The notes under the pieces: model-generated | What the model was told of the DNA's origin: nothing | Databases searched by the model: none | Seen by the model: only the letters and a program-made list of their open reading frames with translations | Part shown: positions 1 through 10,012 of the stretch, one piece after another | Layout: each line of letters starts with the position of its first letter | Position numbering within the stretch: the first letter of the stretch is position 1 | Translations under genes and position numbers: made by a program | Assembly (NCBI GenBank): GCA_012295275.1 | Contig: CM022670.1 | Span: 36,146,001-36,210,000, forward strand | Length of the DNA: 64,000 bases | From: Chrysomallon squamiferum | Taxonomy: Eukaryota > Animalia > Mollusca | Direction: 5' to 3'

Positions 1-8
1 TGAAAAGC

Positions 9-31
9 TAGCACTAGCAAATGCAAGGCAT
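9..31 (+). ncRNA. 3' arm of another copy of the hairpin family, cut by the window edge
   Basis: TAGCACTAGCAAATGCAAGGCAT at 9-31 matches the array's 3' arm in the same orientation. Confidence 0.55.
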
Positions 32-1602
32 TATCACTTGTACAAACAACAAGAACAGAGCAATCAGTATTTTATGTCTGTATAGAGGAATAAAACAAAG
101 ACTGGAGTATACAATGTGTATGTGTGTGCATGTGCATGTGTGTGTTTGTGCACAAGTTATTTCCAAATGCATATGTATGTGTGAAATTGTGTAAATTTGC
201 TATTCGTATGTCTTTACAGTTCTCCTGTTAATGTTAAGAGGAAGCTATTGATAAAAAATAAAAAAATAAAAAATATCTGACATTGATCAACATTTGCAAT
301 TTTATATTTCAGTAAAGTCCATTTGTTGCCAGAGAACCATTGTAATTTGATAAATATGTTGAATATATTTGTTTCAGTTAAAATGTAATCAATAAATGAA
401 TGTAATTATGCTTTCATTGCAGACAACAAAAAGAAAAAGGAAACAGTTTACAGACTACAAAAACATATTGTTAAAAGGAAAACCTGTTGAGATATCAGTA
501 ATAAATTTCATGAAATAAATAAAAATCAGAATCAAATATATTTTGTTGTTATTCTTTTAAAATTCCAGTCAAAATTTCTAAATTTCCAGTCAAAGTAATA
601 CACATCATTAAGATAAATAGGAAAAAAAAAAAAAAAAATTCAGTTATTTATTCACTCATTCTTTCATTCATTCATTCTTTTCTACTGTATTTTGTTTTAT
701 TTCTATAATTTCTTTCTTTCTTTCTTTCTTTAATTTCTTTCTTTCTTTCTTTCTTTATTTGTTATCAAAATTATTAATTACTATTTCTTTTAAAATTAAA
801 AAAACATTTTCTTTATTTTAATTTCAAAAGTTATGAGGGTTCTCCAGCAGCAGCAGCAACAACTACAACTACAACTACAACTACTACTACTACTATTTCT
901 ATTATTATTGCTGTGCTTGCTGTTGTTGATTACCATGGTTTATCTATTTTCAAACCAGTTTTAAAAAAGAAAAAAAAATGTATAGTGGAGTATTTTATTT
1001 GATAAAAATAAACAAATAAATAATTTTATGGAGAAATCAGTTTTCCAACAATTATTCCTGCATTATATATCTTCATTACCAATTTCCTAAATGTAGTAAA
1101 TTAGTTGCAAAACATTCAGTTTTGAAATAAATATCTTTTTGGAAAATATATAAATTATGTATTTCTCTTGACTATAAAGTTGTTTTTAATGTGATATATT
1201 TAAAAAAAAAAAATAATTATTGCTTATATTAAATTTATTTTTTTATGAAATCATGCATCAATTAGAATCTGTAAGGTAATGAACAAATATATATTTTTGT
1301 TTATTTATTTTATTTTATTTTATTTTATTTTTTTTTTATTTTTTTTTTTTATTTTATTTTATTTTATTTTATTTTATTTTATTCAACTCCTGTCCAACTA
1401 TATGATCAAGAAGACAAAACACCATAAGAAGAAAAAAAAAAATATATATATCAGGTTATTATTTATAATATTTATCAAAACAAAAAGGAAAAAGAAAAAG
1501 AAAATCAAATAGTAAGAAAACACACTTGATATTTACTAATAGTAATCAGTTCATTTTGCAGACAATAATAAAAACACAAACAAAGAAGTTAACATTCCCA
1601 AC

Positions 1603-1646
<44 letters not shown>

Positions 1647-2497
1647 CTTATTTTTATTTTTTTATTTAATCAGATAAAGTATAATACATTTTTCAAATGT
1701 GAGTTTTTCTGTGAATATCAGGATCATATTCATGTACCAAAATAAATAATGTTTAGGACTGTAATAAGTATGAGTGTGTGTGTGTGTGTGTGCACAGAAA
1801 CATAATAGTAGTGAAATTCTTTTCACTTGTCTTGTTATGAACACAATAAATCCAAGGTAACAGCTTTTAAACTTTCTACAAATTTCACATTTCTTGTTCA
1901 AAATGAAAATGAAAGATTAATTAAAACCATCTTCCAAATAAAACAATGTAAAGAAAGTAAAAAAAAAATATCCAGCATTATCTGAATTCATTTTAAATTT
2001 ATAATTTTACACACACACACAAGTGCTATCCGAAAAAAAAAAAAAAAATGATTGACATACTCATAATGCAAAGTTTCATTTTCAAACATTGTTTTAACCA
2101 AATTTTATAGTTATTTATACCACCTACCTGTATAAACTAAAAAATAACAACCAAAACTGATTACACCTGAACAAATCAACATCAATTTTTAATTTTTTTA
2201 ATTTATTTAATTTAAATTTTTTTCATAGGTTTTGAAAAGGAGAATAAATAATTTCAGATGTTTAATATATTACACATGATAAAAATTAAAGAAACTATTT
2301 CAGAAAAAAAAAAAAAAAAGAACCATTCCATACTTTTCCAATTACCCCAACAGACATCAATGAAATGTTCAACAATAAAACAAGGTAAGTTTTCAGTCAA
2401 GCCTTCTTCTCCACCAAATATCATGTCAAAGCATAAAGAAAACAGACTAGAAGCTGGCTGTGCTCAATCTAAGTCACCAGCTGTCCAATTAATTGTA

Positions 2498-2680
2498 ACA
2501 ACATTTACAATAGCACAACAAAGTAACCAATTCAGACATGGCTACCTTCATTAATTAGGTCACAAGCTTACTGTTATTGTCTAATTACAACAGCATTTAC
2601 AATGGCACAACAAGGTATGCAAATCAGACATGGCTACCTTCATTAATTAGGCCACAAACTCACTGTTACTGTCTAATTAG
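2498..2680. repeat. Two-copy tandem duplication, unit about 91 bp
   Basis: ACA[A/G]CATTTACAAT[A/G]GCACAACAA...CAGACATGGCTACCTTCATTAATTAGG[T/C]CACAA...CTGTTA[T/C]TGTCTAATTA occurs twice. Confidence 0.85.
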
Positions 2681-2804
2681 TTCAATGCCAGTGTCTTAAT
2701 TAGAGCTGGAAAATTAAAGGATTAGTTTCTCTATAGAAGATGATGTTTTGTATCCTTTAATTATTGTCACTTGTTGGTGTAGCCTAGGATATGCTGAAGG
2801 CTGG

Positions 2805-2961
2805 CATATAAGGGTGACATTCGAAACAGATTTCAGTCAACAAGCTTTTGCAGCTGGTCACAGTCAGCATATACTTATTTAGCATTATATGAATATATAC
2901 TGTTTTAAATCACTGATATACTGGTAACAGAAAAAGAAAAACTCAGAATATTCAGGTAAGT
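2805..2961 (+). promoter_or_regulatory. Candidate TATA + Inr core promoter and non-coding first exon of the hairpin-cluster host transcript
   Basis: CATATAAG at 2805-2812, Inr-like TCAGTC with A at 2835 (about 30 nt spacing), and a consensus donor CAG|GTAAGT at 2953-2961, about 500 nt upstream of the first hairpin on the same strand. Confidence 0.5.
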
Positions 2962-3444
2962 GCAACATTTTCTGTTTTTTTGTTTCTTTTATTTTTTGAA
3001 CCCTCCATTATTTTTGGAAATTTAATTTATAGGGAAGATAAATATTACAGCTTCTGAACAAGTTATTTTAAATAAATATTTAAAATATTTAACAATAACA
3101 AGCAATTAAAAAAAAAAGTTGTAAATTCCTGACACACATTAGAAGTATCTGAAACTATGCAACAACTGCTATCAATTTTAAACATTAATTTCAGATTCAG
3201 TAACATTTAAAATTAAAAAAAAAACAAAAAAAAAAAAAACATATTTTCACTTGACACAATTATTATTTAAAATAAATTAGGATTCAGAAGATATGTAAAT
3301 TTGTTACAAGTGAGAATTTAAAAAATTATCTACTTGCTTTTTACTTGTTTTGTCTATTTACTAATATTGGCCAATAGAAGATACAGAAATAATATACTAA
3401 GTGTTGAGAATAATGCAAAATTCTTATCAATAATGTTAATTTTC

Positions 3445-6400
3445 AAATTTCTTATTCCTGGTATTAGCTTTGTGTTAATAATTACAAAAATATCAGCACT
3501 AGCAAATGCTAGGAATAATTATAGATTACTACCAACTGTAATAATTTTAGATGCATTGTCATTATAAAGTATCTCTTGATTATAAATGACCAGATTTTCA
3601 TTGCTCCTGGTATTAGCTATGTGCTGATTGGAAAACAGTATTAGCACTAGTAAATGCTAGGAATAGTGATAGATTATCATCAACTATTAATTTTTGATGA
3701 ATTGATATATATATATTGTATATTTAGATTATACCAGTAAATGACTGGAAAATATGTTAGCACTAATTAATACTGGGAATAATGTGAGATCATTAACAAC
3801 TATTAAAAAATAAAAATGTTAACTATTACAAATTTTTTCTAGAAAATAATTATGTAATTATTCCTGGTATTAGCTGTGTGCTGACTGGAAAACAGTGTTA
3901 GCACTAGCAAATGCTGGGAATAATCTCAAATTGTTAACAACTATCAAAATATTACAGATTTTGTCTATTATAACATTTTTTTGGAATTAATTCTATTATT
4001 ATTCTTGGCATTAGCTATGTGCTGACTGGAAAATAGTGTTAGCACTAGTAAATGCTGGGAATATTGTTAGATTGTTAGCAGCTATTAAAATATTAAATGT
4101 CATAACTATTACAATATTTTTCTACAAAATAATTCTGTTATTATTCCTGGTATTAGCTATGTGCTGACTGGAAAACAGTGTTAGCACTAGCAAATGCTGG
4201 GAATAATCTCAGATTTTTAGCAACTATTAAAATAAAAAATTTTAACCATTGTGATGTATCGCTAGATAGTATTTAAAAAAATCTTTATTGTTCCTGGTAT
4301 TTGTTATGTGATGACTGGAAAACAGTGTTAGCACTAGTAAATGCTGGGAATAATGTCAGATAGTTTGCAACAATTATATCTGAAACATTTTAGCCATCCT
4401 AGAAAATACTTCATCAGATCTTTGTTATTCCTGGTATTAGCAAACAATGTTAGATTATTAGCAACTACAAAAATTTTAAATATATTAACATTAAAATGTA
4501 TCCCTAAGCAGTAAATGTCCAGATCTTTATTGTTATTTATACTGGCTAGTGCTAGTTGGAAGATGCTGGGAATTATGTCTGTTTTTTTATGTATACTTTC
4601 AAATTTTAAGATGAATAAATCATTCATATTCTTGGTATTAACTAAGTGCTTACAGGAAAAGAATGTTAGCACTAGCAAATGCTGGGAATAATGTTAGATT
4701 ATTAACAAAACAAAGTCAGACTACTGTCAAACTTGATAAATGTGAAAATGTACAGTGAAATTACAATGATGATTTACAAAACTAATTTTAAATCTTTCTT
4801 GTTCCTGGTATTAGCTTTGTGCTTGTAACAGTTAAAAATACTAGCACTAGCACTAGCAAATGCTGGGAATAATGATAGATTAACACAAAGTTAGACTATT
4901 GTGTCAAACTTGATAATCGTGAAAATGTACAGTGAAATTATAATGATGATTTACATAATTAATTATTCAATCTTTCTTGTTCCTGATATTAGCTTTGTGC
5001 TTGTAACAATAAAAAATACTAGCACTAGCAAATGCTGGGAATAATGTTAGATTATTAACAACACAAAATAAGACTACTGGCAAACTTGATAAATGTGATA
5101 ATGTACAGTGAAATTATAAAGATATTTACAAAATTAATTCTAATCTTTCTTGTTCCTGGTATTAGCTTTGTGCTTGTAAGTAAAAAAAAAAAATACTAGC
5201 ACTAGCAAATGCTGGGAATAATGATAGATTATTAACACAAAGTTAGACTATTGTGTCAAACTTAATAATCGTGGTGATGTACAGTGAAATTATAATGATG
5301 ATTTACATAATTAATTATTCAATCTTTCTTGTTCCTGATATTAGCTTTGTGCTTGTAACAATAAAAAATACTAGCACTAGCAAATGCTGGGAATAATGTT
5401 AGATTATTAACAACACAAAGTCAAACTATTGTCAAACTTAGTAATTGTGAAAATATATAGTGAAATAATAAAAATGATTTACATAATTAATTATTCAATC
5501 TTTCTTGTTCCTGATATTAGCTTTGTGCTTGTAACATTTAAAAATACTAGCACTAGCAAATGCTGGGAATAATGTTAGATTATTAACAACACAAAGTCAA
5601 ACTATTGTCAAACTTAGTAATTGTGAAAATGTATAGTGAAATTATAAAGATGATTTACAAAACAATTTTAGTCTTTCTTGTTCCTAGTATTAGCTCTGTG
5701 CTTGTAACAACACAAATACTAGCACTAGCAAATGCTGGGAATAAGGTTAGATTATTAACAACACAAAGTTAGACGATTGTCAAACATGGTATTTGCGAAA
5801 ATGTACAGTGAAATTATAAAGATAACATTCATAATTAATTATTCAGTCTTTCTTGTTCCTGATATTAGCTTTGTGCTTGTAACAGTACAAAATACTAGCA
5901 CTAGCAAATGCTGGGAATAATGTTAGATTGTAACAACATGATTATTGCCACACTTGATAAATGTGAAAATGTACAGTGAAATTATAAATATGATTTACAA
6001 AACTAATTTTACAGTCTTTCTTGTTCCTGGTATTAGCTCTGTGCTTGTAATAATAAAAAAATACTAGCACTAGCAAATGCTGGGAATAATGTTAGATTAT
6101 TGAAAATACAATGTCAGATCGTTATCAAGCATGATAGTTATGAAAATATACACTTATTCACATAATTATTAAATCTTTCTGGTTCATGACATTAGGGGAC
6201 AAAAATTAAGCATTATCAAATATGGGGAATAAAGTAGATTATTATAAACACTGATATCAAAGTACATCAATTAACAAAACTGTATTGTTCCTCGAATTAG
6301 CTATGTGCTAGTAAGAAAACAAAATTAGCACTAGCAAATGCTAGGAATCATTTTTGATGATTAAAAAATATAGCAGTTTTAAAAATATATTAATATATTA

Positions 6401-9070
6401 ATATTTATATTAGCTACGTGCTGACTAGAAACTTATTAATATTATTGGATCTGGTAATAAATGTAGCTTTTTTTTTTTCAAAACATCTTTACCAATTGTA
6501 ATATATGTATATAATTAGTTTTTTTGATAATCAGATCTTTCTTGTTACTGGTATTTCAGAGTGCTTACTGGCAAAAAAAATGTTAGCACTAACAAATGCT
6601 GGGAATAATGTTAGATTTCAACAACAGTGTTTATTCTCCTGATTTTCATTTTCATTTTCATTTTTTTATTTTAAATATCGGCCAAAATTCTTTAGATATT
6701 ATAACAAAACATAAATCTTTTTTGTTCCTAGTAATTCTGAGTGATGACTAGAAAACAATGTTAGCACTAGCAAATGCTAGGAACATTGCTAGATTATTCA
6801 ACTGAGTCAATTTTTAAAATGTTTCCTAATTCTAATTATCCATATGTAAAATATACAATCTTTCTTGTTCCTTGTATTTCAATGTGCTTGTAGGAAAACA
6901 AATGTTATAAATCAATAATCTGAATGATCAGATCTTTATTATTCCTGGTATTAGCTATGTGCTCATAGGAAAAAACAAATTAGCACTAGCAAATGCTAGG
7001 AATAATATTTGATTATAACTACATTTAACATGCACTGACAAATACTATAAATTTATATTATCAGTGATTATATATTTAGTTATTCCTGGTATTATCTTTG
7101 TGCTGACATAGATGGGAAATGTTAGCATTCATAAATGCTAGGAATAATTATTGATTATTAATCATTTTTATAATTTTAAAATATAATTACTGATCATTTT
7201 TAATGCAAAATGATTATCAAATCTGTGTTGTTCCTTGTATTAGTTATGTGCTAAAAGGAAAATAATGTTAGCACTAACAAATGCTGGGAGCAAGGCTAGA
7301 TTATTAACTAAGATAAAGGTATTGCTTGTCAGTTTCTTCATAATACCTAAATAACAGTTAATTTTCATTCCTGATATTAACTAAGTGATGGTTTACAACT
7401 GTCATCAAATCATTATTGTTCCTAATATTAGCTATGTGCTTACAAGAAAAAAATGTTAGCACTAGCAAATGCTGGGAGTAATAGTAGATTATCAACAATT
7501 GATACAAGACTGTTGTCAAGCATGTTGAGTGAAATTACAAACATGATATAAATAATTATTAAACAAATAATTCTTGTTCCTAACAGTAGCTATCTGCTTA
7601 CAAGAAGAAAATGTTAGCACTAACAAATGCTGGAAATAATGCTTGATTATTGACAACCATAATGTTGGATAATACCAAGAATGATAATTATAAAAATATA
7701 CACTCTGTTATTAGCACAATCATAATAATTATTAAATGGGTCTTATTCCTGATATTTCTAAGAACCATTAAAAATTAAATGCTTGGAATAATGACTTAAG
7801 AGCATAGAAACTGTATTTGAATTTACTATCAGATCTTTATTGTTCCTTGTATTAGCTTTGTACTCACAAGAAGACAATTAGCACTAACAAATGCAGGGGA
7901 ATAATACTAGATTATGAAACTACCATTATTTAAAAATTAAAATTTTACAGAAGTACAATCTTTTGATTAATAGTAATGAATCACGATTGCTTATAATGAT
8001 CATTCTTATTCCTGGTTATTAGCAATGTGCTGATAGGAAAAAACAAATTAGCACTAGCAAATGCTAGGAATAATATTAGATTATGACCACATCCTGCAAT
8101 TTAACATGCACTGACAAATACTATAAATCTTTATTATGAATGATGAGATCTATATTTATTCCTGCTACTAGCTTTGGGTGACATGGGTGGGAAATATTAG
8201 TACTCATAAATGTTGGGAATGATTATTGAATATTAATCATCTTCATAATTTTTAAATATGTGATCATTTTTGATGTAACAGAAATGTGTTGTTCCTTGTT
8301 TTAGTTATGTGCTAATGGGAAAATAATGTTAGCACTAGCAAATGCTAGGAATAATATTAGATTATTATCAAACAAGTATTTAGAGTATATCTAAATAATT
8401 TATTATGTTTTTCTGCCTAGTTCCAGAGTACTATGTTAACAACAACAACAACAAAAATATCAGTAGTAAACACAGAGAAAAAGACCTTGTTGTTATTAAA
8501 GAATTACTTGAAAGTCTTCAGCTTCTAAAAGTATGTTGTTGTACTAAAATTAACACAGTTTTATTATTATTGGGGAAAAAAGAAAGCTCACTGGTCAGTA
8601 TCAAGAAATCTTTCTTGTTCCTGGTTATAAATAATATAAGCATGAACAAGTCCCAGGAATAATGCATGATCACTATTTACAATGAGAAAATGAATTCTGG
8701 TGTATTTGTATATTAATAACTGAATTTTTAAACCATTATTTTATTCTTTGTAGTTACCAATTTAAACATCCTACCACCATTTAATTTAAAGTGCTTGTTA
8801 TCATATCTAGGCATTTCGAATATTATGATAGTAATCTATATATATATATATATTATATAATTATATAAAATAAAAAAAAAGCAACTAAATTATGTATGGT
8901 TTTGTGAAAACCTGAGTTAAAATAATTAAAGATGGAATCAGTCATGGGAGATTATCTTCATCACATACTTACTTACATTCATATATATATTTAGATCTTT
9001 CTGGCATTTGATATGTGCTTGTTTCAGAAAAATGAAAGCAACTAGCAAATACTTGCAGTAATATAAGATT
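3445..9070 (+). ncRNA. Tandem cluster of about 28 complete (plus about 10 degenerate) pre-miRNA-like hairpins; predicted mature 3p UAGCACUAGCAAAUGCUGGGAA
   Basis: Repeated unit TTCCTGGTATTAGCT[A/T]TGTGCT-loop-TAGCACTAGCAAATGCT[G/A]GGAATAAT, e.g. 4144-4203. The arms pair with G-U wobbles only on the + strand. The lower stem extends about 11-13 bp (AATCT/AGATT) and CAAC (CNNC) lies about 17-18 nt downstream of the 3' arm. The 3' arm is more conserved than the 5' arm, which is more conserved than loops and spacers. Confidence 0.8.
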
Positions 9071-9669
9071 CTTTATCCATTTCTGGAATTATTGTAACAA
9101 AATAAATTTTAATTAAAATAAAATTTCAATGTATAACATAAAAATATTTTTTCTATTAATATTATTGATTATATCCATGATGAAATGAAACACCATTACC
9201 AGCTAGGAACTACATTTTCTTATACAATAAAACAGAAATTAGATGGGCAAACATTATTTGTAAAAATAGTAAAATAACATTTGTTTCTTCAAATGTTCAG
9301 AATTACTCTCAGAAAAACTAATAAAATAAACTGTTTTAAAAAGATGATTTTATTAATTTTTTTTTTGTTTTATTATTTTGAAATAACAATAACAAACCAT
9401 TTTATCATTATAATATTAAGCATTACTTTCTGTTCTTGCTGATTTTTAACTCTCTATTTGTATTATATTTATGATCTTAAAGTTTATAATAAATTTAAAG
9501 ATAAAATATTCTTTTGTATTTCACAACAGTTTTATTGTTATAGGACATAACTGCTTTAACCTTTTCAATATGTTAAACAAGTGCTACAATGGTCATAATA
9601 TTGATCTAAACTGACCACTTTAGCAGTCACACTGATGCCAATGCATCAGACCTACTACCTTAAATCTAA

Positions 9670-9860
9670 TTAACTCAGCTCCACAACGAAGACAAGACAT
9701 TAATACTATAACTATATACAAGTATGATTTATCAGATGAAATGTTAGTTTTGGGGGTTTTGTGGATGGTTTTAAATTGCAGTTAATTCAGCTCCACAATG
9801 AAGACATTAATACTATTAGTAATTTTGATTTACTCAGATGAAATGTTAGTTCTTAGATTT
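9670..9860. repeat. Short two-copy tandem duplication
   Basis: TCAGCTCCACAA.GAAGACA...TCAGATGAAATGTTAGTT occurs at about 9675 and about 9787. Confidence 0.7.
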
Positions 9861-10012
9861 TCATGGCTGTTAGTTAATATAGTACATCATAAAAAATTTA
9901 ACTCCCTTTTTAGTCAGTGACACCTCAGTTTGCTTTCATTCATTTGTTTGGTTGCTGTTGTGCCATACATAAAACAGACAAGTAAATACATACACCTATA
10001 TATATATCCTAC

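Noticed and set aside
1279-1901. F/Y/I/K-rich short ORFs here and throughout the window
   Set aside because: Produced by poly-A/T tracts and microsatellites in very AT-rich non-coding DNA.
3334-8662. ORFs 3334-3567, 4334-4678 and 8405-8662 inside the array
   Set aside because: Chance translations of repeat units; the frames are not maintained between copies.
3445-9070. CRISPR-like reading of the repeat-spacer array
   Set aside because: The context is eukaryotic and intronic, there are no cas genes, spacers are homologous to each other rather than unique, and each repeat is a ~60-nt two-armed hairpin.
3445-9070. Hairpins as sense-strand intronic miRNAs of ALKBH8, or as a plain satellite/MITE array
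   Set aside because: On the minus strand four G-U pairs become A-C mismatches and the CNNC context is lost. Arm-specific conservation and the lack of evident target-site duplications argue against a neutral satellite or MITE.
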